From positions 4,119,552-4,183,551 of the forward strand of contig OZ245864.1 in NCBI GenBank assembly GCA_965229215.1: a stretch of 64,000 nt of DNA. Reading direction: 5' to 3'. The position numbers were made by a program, and so were the translations under genes. Below are positions 22,530 to 32,293 of this stretch, one piece after another. This DNA comes from Tagaea sp. GTDB lineage: Bacteria > Pseudomonadota > Alphaproteobacteria > CACIAM-22H2. The notes under the pieces were generated by a model. That model did not search any database. It saw nothing but the letters and a program-made list of their open reading frames with translations, and was not told the origin of the DNA. Each line of letters starts with the position of its first letter. Positions within the stretch are counted from its first letter, which is position 1.

Positions 22530-23483
22530 ATGGCCAAGGCCTTCGCATCGACCGCCGATCTCGAGGAAAAGAAGGAGAAGTTCGTCCGCCTCGCCGAGGG
22601 CGCCTATTGCCTGACGGCCGAGGGCGATCCGAACTCCGGCGTCGTGATCGGCGACGATTGCTGCATGGTGATCGATGCGCGCGCCACGCCGGTCATGGCC
22701 CGCGAACTCGTGCGCCATATCCGCAAGGTGACCGACAAGCCGGTCAAGTACGTCGTGCTCACGCACTATCACGCGGTGCGCGTACTGGGGGCGAGCGGCT
22801 ACAAGGCCGAGCACGTCATTGCTTCGCGTCCGACGCTGGAGATGATCCGCGAACGCGGCAAGCAGGACTGGAAATCCGAGGTCGGCCGCTTTCCGCGCCT
22901 GTTCCGCGCGGCCGGCACTGTGCCGGGCCTCACCTGGCCGACCATCGTGTTCGACAAGTCGATGACGCTTTTCCTCGGCAAGAAGGAAGTGCAGATCCTC
23001 CAGCCGGGCGGTGGTGGGCACACGCGCGGCGACAGCGTGGTGTGGCTGCCCAAGGAAAAGGTGCTGTTCTCCGGCGATCTGGTCGAGGAGGGTGCGACCC
23101 CCTATTGCGGCGACGCGCAGCTCGCCGAGTGGCCGGCCACGCTCGATGCGTTGCTGGCATTGAAGCCACAGAAGCTGGTTCCCGGCCGCGGCGAAGCGAT
23201 GCTGACGGCTGCCGCCTCGCGCCGCGCCATCGAGGGCACGCGCCGTTTTGTGCAGGAGCTGCTCGCGCACGCGAAGAAGGGCGTGAAGGCGAAGAAGGAT
23301 CTCAATGCCGTCTATGCCGAGACGTACCGCGCGATGGCGCCCAAGTACGGCAAGTGGGTGATCTTCGACCACTGCATGCCGTTCTGCGTGTCCCGCGCCT
23401 ACGATGAGGCGAAGGGTCTTGCGCATCCACGCATCTGGACGGCGGCGCGCGACAGGGAAATGTGGCGCGCGCTGCAGCGCTGA
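22530..23483 (+). CDS. Metallo-beta-lactamase-fold hydrolase (cyclase-like)
   Basis: THYHAVR (degenerate HxHxDH), GHTRGD, FSGDL and VPGRG motifs; GAGGAG RBS. Confidence 0.85.
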   Translation: MAKAFASTADLEEKKEKFVRLAEGAYCLTAEGDPNSGVVIGDDCCMVIDARATPVMARELVRHIRKVTDKPVKYVVLTHYHAVRVLGASGYKAEHVIASRPTLEMIRERGKQDWKSEVGRFPRLFRAAGTVPGLTWPTIVFDKSMTLFLGKKEVQILQPGGGGHTRGDSVVWLPKEKVLFSGDLVEEGATPYCGDAQLAEWPATLDALLALKPQKLVPGRGEAMLTAAASRRAIEGTRRFVQELLAHAKKGVKAKKDLNAVYAETYRAMAPKYGKWVIFDHCMPFCVSRAYDEAKGLAHPRIWTAARDREMWRALQR

Positions 23484-23487
23484 AGAT

Positions 23488-24720
23488 TCAGTGCCGCCGC
23501 GCCAGCGCGCGCGGGTCGGGCGATTTTCCCGCGTGGCGATAGGCAGCGAGCAGCATTTCCTCGAACAGGTCGCGTTGCGCATTGCTGCCGCCCAGCCGCT
23601 CGTGCTCGGGCAGCATGGCGCCGAGCGATTCGATGGCACCTTGCCAGTCGTGCTTCGCGAAGGCGGCGAAGCCCTTGGCGGCGAGTGCTACGACCGGCTG
23701 GGCAGGGCCGCGCGTGCCTGCGGCGCGCATTTCCAGTTCGGCCGCATCGCCCGTCATCGCGGCTGCAAGGGCCACGTGCACGTCGACGAAGGCAAGGCCC
23801 GCGCGCGGGAACTCGCGTTTGGCATAGGCCGCGACCTTCTCCCACGCGCCCGCAGGCGGGGTGCTGCCCATCAATTCGGCGCGCAGCAGGAACGAGGCGG
23901 AGTCGGTCAGCACGTTGAGCGACGGTCCCCACAGCGCGTCCGGCGCGATGGCCGTGTCGTAGATCTTCCACGCTTCGCCGGTGTCGCCGGCGACGAGTGC
24001 CCATAGCGCCCGGTGCCAGTTGATGTGGCAATGCAGGAGGCCCGCGCGGGGATAGCCGACGATGAAGTCGGCCAGCCGCCGCCGCCCTTCGGCGACCTCG
24101 CCCGCTTCGTAATGCACATGGGCGAGGATATGCATGCCGTGCGCGTCGCGCGGATTCTGCGCCAGCGCCTTCGTCACCTTCGCCCGGCCGCTTTCGAGCT
24201 CACCCGTCTCGACATGCGCGAAAGCCTGCATGGCAAGGAACCACCAGTCCTCGCCATATTGCGGGGCCAGCCCGTCGAGCAGGGCGCGCAGGCTCGCCGA
24301 GCGGTGCGCAAGCCCGCTGAAGCCGTAGAGCCCGAACACGCCGACGCAAGGGGAAAGTGCCATCGCATCGCGCGGCCATTCGCGCAGATGCGCACGGATC
24401 GCGTCGAGGGCAAGCGGACCCTGTCCGTCGAGCACGAGACCGATGGCCGCCACATGATTCGCCTCGCGCCCCGAGAGCTTGGGGGCAAGTGCCCGCGCGC
24501 TTGCCATCGCGGACTTGGCGGGGCCACGATTGCCGAAGACCTGATGCGTGCGCGCCAGTGCCGCGTGCGCCAGCGCGAATTCACCGTCGGCCGCGATCGC
24601 GCGCTCGAAAGCCTCGACCGCGCCCACGTCGGCGGCGAACAGCGCATCGACGCCGAGGACATAGGCGTCGGCAGCCTTCCGGTTCGTCGTCAGCGCGTTG
24701 CCGTAACGGTCGGCGATCAT
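23488..24720 (-). CDS. TTC38-like tetratricopeptide repeat protein
   Basis: Helical repeats with WPRD, HILAHVHYE, HCHINWH.AL, TDSASFL.R and GGSNAQRD motifs. Confidence 0.8.
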   Translation of the reverse strand: MIADRYGNALTTNRKAADAYVLGVDALFAADVGAVEAFERAIAADGEFALAHAALARTHQVFGNRGPAKSAMASARALAPKLSGREANHVAAIGLVLDGQGPLALDAIRAHLREWPRDAMALSPCVGVFGLYGFSGLAHRSASLRALLDGLAPQYGEDWWFLAMQAFAHVETGELESGRAKVTKALAQNPRDAHGMHILAHVHYEAGEVAEGRRRLADFIVGYPRAGLLHCHINWHRALWALVAGDTGEAWKIYDTAIAPDALWGPSLNVLTDSASFLLRAELMGSTPPAGAWEKVAAYAKREFPRAGLAFVDVHVALAAAMTGDAAELEMRAAGTRGPAQPVVALAAKGFAAFAKHDWQGAIESLGAMLPEHERLGGSNAQRDLFEEMLLAAYRHAGKSPDPRALARRH

Positions 24721-25634
24721 GGACCGGCCTTTCCGTCCATCCAGTCCTCGATCAACCGGCGCGCGATCGAATCGGCGCGCGGCAGGCGGAACTTCTCAGG
24801 ATCGTGGGGCCCGCGCAGGAAATCGCGCGTCACCCACATCGCGTCGACCAGTTCCTCGGGATCGATGGTCAGTTCCGTCGTCAATGCCTCGCCGTAGAAA
24901 CCCAGCATGATCGAGGCGGGGAACGGCCAGGGCTGCGAGGAATGGTAGGTGACGCGGCCCACGCGCACGCCGGCTTCCTCGAACACTTCGCGGCGCACGC
25001 AGTCTTCCAGGCTCTCGCCCGGCTCGACGAAACCGGCGAGCGTGGAATACATCGCCATCGCGAAACGGCCCGAGCGGCCGAGCAGGCATTTGTCGCCTGA
25101 CACGATCAGCATGATCGTCGCCGGATCGCTGCGCGGGAAATGCTCGGCGCCGCATGCTGCACTCGTGCATTTGAGGACGTGGCCGGCGGCCTCGGGCGCC
25201 GTCGGCGATCCGCATACGCCGCAGAAGCGGTGGCGCGCATGCCACCAGGCGAGCCCGCGCGCATAGGCGAGCAGGCCGCCCTCGTCGCGCGACAGGAACG
25301 CGCCGATGGTGCGCAGATCGACGAAGCTCGCAGCCGGATCGTCGAACTGGTGGGGCAGTTCGGCTTCCTCGATCCCGCTGACGTCGAGCGCGAAATAAGG
25401 CGTGCCGTCGAGATCGCCCAGATAGATGCGCGGGCCTTCGAGATGCGCCACTTGGCCGATTTCGAGAAAATGCGCCGCCGGGCTGTCGCCGGACCGCACG
25501 AGGCTGCGCGTGCGCCAGACCGGAACGAGGCGCGCGGCCGGGTGGGCCAGGCGCCCGGAAACGAAGCCTTCGTCGCGCCGGCGTTCGGATTGCCGGTCGA
25601 GGGGCAGGCGGGCGTAGAAGTTGGGTTTTTCCAT
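24717..25634 (-). CDS. nudC: NADH pyrophosphatase / NAD-cap decapping Nudix enzyme
   Basis: FCGVCG zinc ribbon, Nudix box AGFVEPGESLEDCVRREVFEEAG, SQPWPFP signature. Confidence 0.95.
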   Translation of the reverse strand: MEKPNFYARLPLDRQSERRRDEGFVSGRLAHPAARLVPVWRTRSLVRSGDSPAAHFLEIGQVAHLEGPRIYLGDLDGTPYFALDVSGIEEAELPHQFDDPAASFVDLRTIGAFLSRDEGGLLAYARGLAWWHARHRFCGVCGSPTAPEAAGHVLKCTSAACGAEHFPRSDPATIMLIVSGDKCLLGRSGRFAMAMYSTLAGFVEPGESLEDCVRREVFEEAGVRVGRVTYHSSQPWPFPASIMLGFYGEALTTELTIDPEELVDAMWVTRDFLRGPHDPEKFRLPRADSIARRLIEDWMDGKAGP

Positions 25635-25728
25635 GGGCTTGCCGGCCGAACGTGCCCGGCCCGCGCGGCCCGCGCAAGCCCTTTGCGGCAGGCTGGCGGC
25701 CGGGCGGACGACGGGCTATATACGGGGC

Positions 25729-25824
25729 GGGAGGTTGGCGGCGGACGAGCGCCTCGCCAACCCGGTCAGGTCCGGAAGGAAGCAGCCGTAACGAGTCTCC
25801 GCCCGGGTCGACGTCCAGCCTCCC
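25729..25824 (+). ncRNA. ffs: Signal recognition particle 4.5S RNA
   Basis: Conserved CCGGTCAGGTCCGGAAGGAAGCAGCCG core; terminal stem GGGAGGTTGG / CCAGCCTCCC; canonical position upstream of dnaX; GCTATATAC -10 element just upstream. Confidence 0.96.
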
Positions 25825-25856
25825 ACCCTTCCCTTCCCTCCCGTCCCAGCGTGCGC

Positions 25857-27635
25857 ATGGCCGATTCCGAGACCGTCCCCTACCAGGTCCTGGCTCGGAA
25901 ATACCGGCCCGCGCGCCTGTCCGACCTTGTCGGGCAGGAAGCCCTCGTGCGGACGCTCGCCAGCGCCATCGAGACCGGCCGCATCGCCCATGCCTTCATG
26001 CTGACTGGCGTGCGCGGCGTGGGCAAGACGACGACCGCGCGCATCGTCGCCCGCGCCCTCAACTGCATCGGCACCGACGGCAAGGGCGGCCCGACCATCG
26101 ATCCGTGCGGCGTGTGCGAGCATTGCGTCGCCATCGCCGAGGACAAGCATCTCGACGTCATCGAGATCGACGCCGCGTCGAACAACGGTGTAGCCAGCGT
26201 GCGCGAGCTGATCGAGGCGGTGCGCTACCGCCCCGTCTCCGCGCGCTACAAGATCTATATCGTGGACGAAGTCCACATGCTGACGACGCCGGCGTGGAAC
26301 GCGCTGCTGAAGACGCTGGAGGAGCCGCCCGAACACGCCAAGTTCCTGTTCGCGACGACCGAGATCCGCAAGGTGCCCGTCACGGTGCTGTCGCGCTGCC
26401 AGCGCTTCGACCTGCGCCGTTTCGACCAGCCCACGCTCGCCCGCCACCTCGCGGGCATCGCGGTCAAGGAGAAGCGCAGCATCTCGGCGAGTGCGGCGGC
26501 CCTGCTGGCCCGCGCGGCCGACGGTTCGGCGCGCGACGGCCTGTCGCTGCTCGACCGTGCGCTGGCCGCCGTCGAGGGCGAGGTCGGCGAGGCGCATGTC
26601 CAGGCGCTGCTCGGTCTCGTCGACCGCGCGCAGGTGTTCGACCTGTTCGAGGAAATCCTGAAGGGCGATGCCGCCGCGGCCCTCGCGCGCGTCGCCGAGC
26701 TCTATGCCAACGGCGCCGAGCCCAAGGTCGTTGTCGAGGATCTGCTCGAAGTCACGAACCTGCTGACGCGCCTGAAAGTCGCGCCCGCGATGATCGACGA
26801 AGCGGGCCTGCCGGAGACCGAGCGCGTGCGTGGCCGGGCGATGGCCGAAAAGCTCGCGATCCCCGTGCTTGCGCGCACGTGGCAGATCCTGCTGAAGGGG
26901 CTGGGCGAAGTGCAGCACGCGCCCCAGCCGCTCGCAGCACTCGAAATGCTGATCGTGCGTCTGGCTTACGCCGCGAATCTGCCGGCTCCCGGCGAACTGG
27001 TCGATCGTCTGTCGCGCGCCGAAGTACCCGGCGGTGCGGCCCCGCGCGGCGGCAATGGCGGTGGCGGGGGCCCGCGCGCCATCGCCGGCGGGCTCGCCGC
27101 AACGGCAATTGCCAGCCAGCCAGCCGCGGTTGCGGCACCGGCGGGCCCGGTTCCGCAGAGCTACGCCGAACTCGTGGCGCTGGTGCAGGAGAAGCGCGAA
27201 GGGCTGCTTTACGGCCAGCTCTACAGTTCCGTGCGCCTCGTCGCCTACGAGCCGGGCCGCATCGAGATCGCCTATCCCAACGCGCCCAAGAACCTGACGC
27301 TGCCGACCGAGCTTGCCGAGAAGCTGCGCAACTGGACCGGCCGCGCATGGTTCGTGACGCTCAGCAGCGACAAGCCGGGCGCCCCCACGCTTGCAGAACA
27401 GGCGCTGGAATCGCGCGAAGCCAAGAAGCGCGCGGCGGCGGAGCATCCGCTGGTCGCCGCCGTGCTCGCCGCGTTCCCCGGCGCGACCATCGAGGCGGTG
27501 CGTGGCGCGGACCAGCCGGTCGCCGCGGGTCCCGAATTCGTGCCACCGCCGGTCGAGGCCGGCGAAGAAGGCATTTCCGACAGCGAGGACACCTGGATCG
27601 TCCCCGACAGTTTCGAGCCGGAGTACGACGCATGA
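25857..27635 (+). CDS. dnaX: DNA polymerase III subunit gamma/tau
   Basis: YQVLARKYRP, GVRGVGKTT, EIDAAS, DEVHML and SRCQRFDL motifs. Confidence 0.97.
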   Translation: MADSETVPYQVLARKYRPARLSDLVGQEALVRTLASAIETGRIAHAFMLTGVRGVGKTTTARIVARALNCIGTDGKGGPTIDPCGVCEHCVAIAEDKHLDVIEIDAASNNGVASVRELIEAVRYRPVSARYKIYIVDEVHMLTTPAWNALLKTLEEPPEHAKFLFATTEIRKVPVTVLSRCQRFDLRRFDQPTLARHLAGIAVKEKRSISASAAALLARAADGSARDGLSLLDRALAAVEGEVGEAHVQALLGLVDRAQVFDLFEEILKGDAAAALARVAELYANGAEPKVVVEDLLEVTNLLTRLKVAPAMIDEAGLPETERVRGRAMAEKLAIPVLARTWQILLKGLGEVQHAPQPLAALEMLIVRLAYAANLPAPGELVDRLSRAEVPGGAAPRGGNGGGGGPRAIAGGLAATAIASQPAAVAAPAGPVPQSYAELVALVQEKREGLLYGQLYSSVRLVAYEPGRIEIAYPNAPKNLTLPTELAEKLRNWTGRAWFVTLSSDKPGAPTLAEQALESREAKKRAAAEHPLVAAVLAAFPGATIEAVRGADQPVAAGPEFVPPPVEAGEEGISDSEDTWIVPDSFEPEYDA

Positions 27636-27955
27636 AGAATCTCGGCAACCTGATGAAGCAGGCCCAGCAGATGCAGGCCAAGATGGCCGAGATGCAGGAC
27701 AAGCTTGCTGCGATGGAAGTGACCGGACGCGCGGGCGGCGGCATGGTCGAGACGACGATGACCGGCAAAGGCGAAGTCAAGCGCATCAAGATCGACAAGT
27801 CGCTCGTGAACCCCGACGATGTCGAGGTGCTGGAAGACCTGCTCGTCGCCGCCCTCAACGACGCGCGCGGCAAGGCCGATGCGGAATCGGCCGAGCAGAT
27901 GAAGGCGATGACCGGCGGGCTCAACCTGCCGCCCGGCATCAAGCTGCCTTTCTGA
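27632..27955 (+). CDS. ybaB: YbaB/EbfC nucleoid-associated protein
   Basis: [13 protein letters not shown] and [12 protein letters not shown] motifs; dnaX-ybaB-recR synteny. Confidence 0.95.
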   Translation: MKNLGNLMKQAQQMQAKMAEMQDKLAAMEVTGRAGGGMVETTMTGKGEVKRIKIDKSLVNPDDVEVLEDLLVAALNDARGKADAESAEQMKAMTGGLNLPPGIKLPF

Positions 27956-27959
27956 CGCG

Positions 27960-28553
27960 ATGAACGGCCCCGAAATCGAGCAGCTCGTCCGGCTGCTGGC
28001 GAAACTGCCCGGGCTCGGCCCGCGATCGGCGCGCCGCGCCGCGCTGCAACTCCTGAAGAAGAAGGACCAGCTATTGCGCCCGCTCGCCGAGGCGCTGACC
28101 AGTGCTGCCGAGAACGTGGTCTCGTGCCATGTCTGCGGCAATCTCGACACGACCGATCCGTGCGCGGTGTGCAGCGACATGCGGCGCGACCATGGCCTCG
28201 TCTGCGTGGTCGAGGAGGTGGCCGATCTCTGGGCCATCGAGCGCACGGCCGGATTCAAGGGCGTCTACCACGTCATCGGCGGCACGCTTTCGGCGCTCGA
28301 CGGGCGCGGGCCGCAGGATCTCAATTTCGCGAGCCTCGTCGAGCGCTGTGCGGGAAACCAGGTGCGCGAAGTGGTGCTGGCCCTGAACGCGACGGTCGAG
28401 GGCCAGACCACGTCGCACTACATCGCCGACCGGCTCAAGGAATCGCCCGTCCAGGTCACGCGCCTTGCGCATGGCGTGCCGGTAGGCGGCGAACTCGACT
28501 ATCTCGACGACGGCACGCTGGTCGCGGCCCTGAAGGCCCGCCGCGCGGTCTAG
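27960..28553 (+). CDS. recR: Recombination mediator RecR
   Basis: [11 protein letters not shown] HhH, C4 zinc finger, TOPRIM (VEGQTT, ELDYLD). Confidence 0.97.
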   Translation: MNGPEIEQLVRLLAKLPGLGPRSARRAALQLLKKKDQLLRPLAEALTSAAENVVSCHVCGNLDTTDPCAVCSDMRRDHGLVCVVEEVADLWAIERTAGFKGVYHVIGGTLSALDGRGPQDLNFASLVERCAGNQVREVVLALNATVEGQTTSHYIADRLKESPVQVTRLAHGVPVGGELDYLDDGTLVAALKARRAV

Positions 28554-28585
28554 CGGCGACTCGGGGTGCCGGGGTAGCTTCGGGC

Positions 28586-29965
28586 ATGGACATTCTTCTC
28601 TCCTTGGTTGCCGGCCTTGCCCTCGGGGCGGCCGCCATCTTCTTCCTGCGCCGGACTCCCGCCGATGCGGGGGCTGCCGACGCGATATACAAGGACAAGC
28701 TTGCCGCCGCGTCCGCCGTCGAGGCCGACCTTCGCCAGCGGCTCGATGCTGCGACGCGCGCACTCGGCTCGGCCGAAGGGGAGCTCAAGCGTCTGTCGCC
28801 GCTGGTCGACGATCTTGCGCGCGTACAGGGCGATTTCTCGACGATGCGTGCCGAGAACGCGCGGCTGGCTGCCGAGCTCGAAGCCGAACGCACGCAGTCG
28901 GCCGAGAAGCTGAAACTGCTGGCCGAGGCGCGCGCCCAGCTCTCCGACCATTTCAAGGCGTTGACGGCCGACGCGCTCGCCGTCGAGCGCGAGCGCGTCA
29001 AGGAAGAGCAGACGATCCGCGAAGCGGCGATCAAGGGTCTCGTCTCGCCGCTGACCGAGACGCTGGCGAAGTTCGACAAGCGTGTCGAGGAGATGGGCAA
29101 GGACCGTGCGGAGAAGGACGGCGCGTTCGTCAAGCAGATCGGCGATCTGGGTCGCGAGACGCGCGCGCTCGTCCATGCACTGAAGACGCCGCACGTGAAG
29201 GGCCGCTGGGGCGAGCGTACGCTGCGCCGCACGGTCGAGCTTGCCGGCATGGTCGAGTATTGCGATTTCGTCGAACAGGCGACGGCCGAAGGCGAGAAGC
29301 GCCTGCGTCCCGACCTGATCGTGCGCATGCCGGCGGGGCGCGTCGTCGTGGTGGACGCGAAGGCGCCCACGCTCGCGTTCCTGTCGGCGGTCGAGGCAGG
29401 CGACGAGGAAAGCCGCCTGCGCCATCTCGCCGACCATGCGCGCCAGGTGCGCGACCATTTCCAGCGCCTGTCGCAGAAGGCGTACTGGGAGCAGTTCACC
29501 GACGCGCCCGAGTTCGTCGTGATGTTTGTGCCCGGCGAATCCTTCTTCTCCGCGGCCGTGCAGGCGGATTCGAGCCTGCTCGACGATGCGGCCAACGACC
29601 GCGTGCTGATCGCCACGCCGACGACGCTCGTCTCGCTCCTCTGGGCGGTCGAGCGCGGCTGGCGGCAGGAGAAGCTCGCCGAGAACGCGCGCGCGATTTC
29701 CGACCAGGGTCGCGAGCTCTTCAAGCGCATGACCGACATGGCCGGACATCTCGCCAGCGTGGGCGACGGACTCAAGAAGGCGGTCGACTCCTACAATCGC
29801 TCTGTCGGTTCGCTCGAATCGCGCGTGTTTCCAGCGGCGCGCAAATTGAAGGAACTGGGGGCGGGCCCCGAGGATGCGGAGTTCCGCGAAATCCCGACAG
29901 TCGAGAGCGCCGTGAAGCCGATCACCAAGCCCGAACTGCTAGGACCTGGCGACGTCACGCACTGA
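28586..29965 (+). CDS. rmuC: DNA recombination protein RmuC
   Basis: N-terminal TM plus coiled coil; GRWGE, RPD, VDAKAP, FVVMFVPGE and ATPTTL motifs. Confidence 0.93.
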   Translation: MDILLSLVAGLALGAAAIFFLRRTPADAGAADAIYKDKLAAASAVEADLRQRLDAATRALGSAEGELKRLSPLVDDLARVQGDFSTMRAENARLAAELEAERTQSAEKLKLLAEARAQLSDHFKALTADALAVERERVKEEQTIREAAIKGLVSPLTETLAKFDKRVEEMGKDRAEKDGAFVKQIGDLGRETRALVHALKTPHVKGRWGERTLRRTVELAGMVEYCDFVEQATAEGEKRLRPDLIVRMPAGRVVVVDAKAPTLAFLSAVEAGDEESRLRHLADHARQVRDHFQRLSQKAYWEQFTDAPEFVVMFVPGESFFSAAVQADSSLLDDAANDRVLIATPTTLVSLLWAVERGWRQEKLAENARAISDQGRELFKRMTDMAGHLASVGDGLKKAVDSYNRSVGSLESRVFPAARKLKELGAGPEDAEFREIPTVESAVKPITKPELLGPGDVTH

Positions 29966-29974
29966 GGCGGACGT

Positions 29975-30559
29975 TCAGGAATCCTGCCAGCGGATCTCAA
30001 GGATGTTTCTGCGTCCGAAATGCGCTGCGCGACCGTGCCAGGCGTTCGGGCGGCAGCGGAAGGCTGCAAGCGTGCCTGCGACCGGCAGAATCTCGGCGAT
30101 GAAATCGTTGAGTGAGTCCGGCGTACGCGTGAAGCGCACGCACGAATCGCTATCCGAATCGCTCTGCGAGGAAAGATTCGGATAGAAGAGCGCTTTCGCG
30201 ATGTTCGGCGGCGGTTCGACATGGATCGGGCCGGGGCCGCGGCAGCGATCGTGGAGATGGACGACGCGCCGCTTACCGGCCAGTTTGAGCCCGAGCTTGG
30301 CTTCGATGGCGCCCTGGAATTCGTCGGACTCGAAGGATTCAACGACGGTGCGCATCACCTGATTGAGCGGGACGGATTCGACCGCGACGCCGCCGGACCG
30401 GCCGAGATCGGGCCAGTTGCTCGAGATCATTTCGACGGTCCTGATTGGGACGAATTTCGGAACGATGACGAATTCAAACGGCTCGCGGACGAGCGGCGTG
30501 AGGTTCAAAGCCTGCAGATCGAAAGGGATTTGCGACTGTTGGGTCTGGACTTCTTCCAT
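29975..30559 (-). CDS. Diverged 2OG-Fe(II) oxygenase paralog
   Basis: Colinear with the upstream neighbour (TPL.REPF, EAKL, DRCR, IAEI.PV.GT, FRC..NAWHG); HxE...H iron triad. Confidence 0.7.
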   Translation of the reverse strand: MEEVQTQQSQIPFDLQALNLTPLVREPFEFVIVPKFVPIRTVEMISSNWPDLGRSGGVAVESVPLNQVMRTVVESFESDEFQGAIEAKLGLKLAGKRRVVHLHDRCRGPGPIHVEPPPNIAKALFYPNLSSQSDSDSDSCVRFTRTPDSLNDFIAEILPVAGTLAAFRCRPNAWHGRAAHFGRRNILEIRWQDS

Positions 30560-30621
30560 TCGCGCGAAATAGCACGCGGAAGATCTCTCTTCAATGAAGA
30601 ATACAACTATACAATAGTATT
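30560..30621 (-). promoter_or_regulatory. Putative sigma70 promoter for a leaderless transcript
   Basis: Minus strand TTGAAG-N17-TATTTC ends 6 nt before the ATG at 30559; AT-rich upstream segment; no SD. Confidence 0.4.
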
Positions 30622-30636
30622 GGCGGTCGCGGCTGT

Positions 30637-31287
30637 TTAGCCGAAAGGATTCAATTTCTTGAGGAACGCCGACACCTTGTGCCGGCCTTCTTCGCGCCGC
30701 TTGGTGGCCTCGTCGACCATCCAGTTGAGCTGCAGCACGTGGCGCGGGCCTTCGTACGAATGATGGCCGTGCCAGGCGTTGCGCGTGCATCTGAACATCA
30801 GCATCGTGCCGTCGACCGGCGGGATCTCGGCGATGTAGTCCTCGAGACTGCCGGGGCCACGCAGGATGCGCAGCTTGCCGCCGTCGTCCTGCCAGCCGCC
30901 GGTGCGCTTGTTCAGGTAGAGCAGTACCGTGACGACCTTCGTGACGGAGTCGGTATGGATCTGCCCGTCGCGTGCGCGGCAGCGGTCGCGGAACGTGATC
31001 ATCGTCGGCTTGCCGGAGAGATCGATCTCCAGCTTTGCCTCGACGGCCCTGCGGAATTCCGGGCTCTCCAGCGTATCGACAAGGGCACGGGTCGCGGGCC
31101 GGAGCTTCACCGAGGAAACCGGGAAGGCACCGGGCTTGCCGATCTCCGGCCAGTCGCTGTCGATCCGGTCGACTTCCGCCGCAGGCACGAAATTCGGCAC
31201 GACAGCGTACGGGAACGGCTCGCGGGCGAGCGGCGTGCGCGCGAGGGCCGGATAGTCGAAGCCGATATGGGCGATCGTGTCGGTCAT
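30637..31287 (-). CDS. 2OG-Fe(II) oxygenase (prolyl-hydroxylase-like fold)
   Basis: IHTD, LLYLN, GGKL, AWHG and GPR motifs (HxD...H plus 2OG-binding Arg). Confidence 0.88.
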   Translation of the reverse strand: MTDTIAHIGFDYPALARTPLAREPFPYAVVPNFVPAAEVDRIDSDWPEIGKPGAFPVSSVKLRPATRALVDTLESPEFRRAVEAKLEIDLSGKPTMITFRDRCRARDGQIHTDSVTKVVTVLLYLNKRTGGWQDDGGKLRILRGPGSLEDYIAEIPPVDGTMLMFRCTRNAWHGHHSYEGPRHVLQLNWMVDEATKRREEGRHKVSAFLKKLNPFG

Positions 31288-31319
31288 TGCGGTTCCGGAA
31301 ATAGCAGTTGGGGGCCCGG

Positions 31320-32156
31320 TCAGTCGAGGCGGAAGCCGATCTTGCGAATATAGGCCCCGAAATCGGCCCTTTCGGATGCGGCGTATTGGCGCGCCTTGTC
31401 TTCCGACCAGCCATAGGCGGCGGCCGTGCCGAAACGCGCCGGGTCGCGCTGCTTGGCAAACGGCCGCGTACGGTTGCGCCGTTCGTCGTACGCCGCGATC
31501 TCCGCATCGAGATCGCCTTCGTCATAGCGGTTCACGTGGACGCGCAGGCGGGTGGGCAGGCGGGGGGAAATTCCGCCGGGATGGGCGGGCCAGCCCACGC
31601 AGAGCCCCGCGACCGGAAAGACGCGGTCGGGCAGGCCCAGCAGCTTCGAGACGTCTGCCGCGCGGTTGCGGATCGCCGAGATGGGGCATGTGCCGAGCCC
31701 CGAGGCTTCCGCAGCCGTCACGAATGCCGCGAGCGCGATGCCCGCGTCGATGCCGGCGTTGAAGAACGCATCGAGATGGTCGTTGGCGAATGCGTGGCCG
31801 CGCAGCTCGTGGACGCGCATCTGGCGGCGGTTGTTGGCGCAGAAGACCAGGAAGGCGGGGGCCGCCTTCACCCACGGGTTCTCGCCGCACCATTCGTCGA
31901 GCGTGGCTCGGATTTCCGGGTCCGAAACGACGACGATGTCAGCCTGCTGCAGGTCGCTCTTCGTCGGCGCCGAGAGCGCCACCGCGCAGAGCAGGCGGAT
32001 CATCTCGTCCGGCACCGCACGCGGCGCGTAGGCGCGCATCGACCGGTGATCGGCCATGCGCGTGAGCGCGTCGCTTACGGCGCTGTCGGGGATGGCGAAA
32101 TCCTCGCCGAATCGCTCGGCGAGGGCGGCGGCGAGTCTGGCTTTCGCGTCGGTCAT
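31320..32156 (-). CDS. NfsA/Frp-family NADPH-dependent flavin reductase/nitroreductase
   Basis: HRSMRAY, APTKSDLQ, AEASGLGTCPISAIRN and PRLP motifs. Confidence 0.9.
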   Translation of the reverse strand: MTDAKARLAAALAERFGEDFAIPDSAVSDALTRMADHRSMRAYAPRAVPDEMIRLLCAVALSAPTKSDLQQADIVVVSDPEIRATLDEWCGENPWVKAAPAFLVFCANNRRQMRVHELRGHAFANDHLDAFFNAGIDAGIALAAFVTAAEASGLGTCPISAIRNRAADVSKLLGLPDRVFPVAGLCVGWPAHPGGISPRLPTRLRVHVNRYDEGDLDAEIAAYDERRNRTRPFAKQRDPARFGTAAAYGWSEDKARQYAASERADFGAYIRKIGFRLD

Positions 32157-32293
32157 GCGCCGACAATAGCACCGCGCGCCAGCGCTTCGGATAAATCGTT
32201 GTTCGTCAGGTGGTTGGGAGGATAATTCGGGTTTTGTTGCAAAACGATGAGCGGCAGGTTTCACTCCCCACGCCGTCGCAAAGGACCCCTTTC

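Noticed and set aside
22530-23483. Metallo-beta-lactamase resistance gene
   Set aside because: No signal peptide, degenerate metal motif and metabolic operon context
25857-27635. Programmed -1 frameshift in dnaX (gamma subunit)
   Set aside because: No A-AAA-AAG or poly-A slippery run seen in the gene
32231-32245. Palindrome GTTTTG-TTG-CAAAAC between the nitroreductase and DUF1116 genes
   Set aside because: Only 6-bp arms, single copy and no regulator nearby; too weak to call
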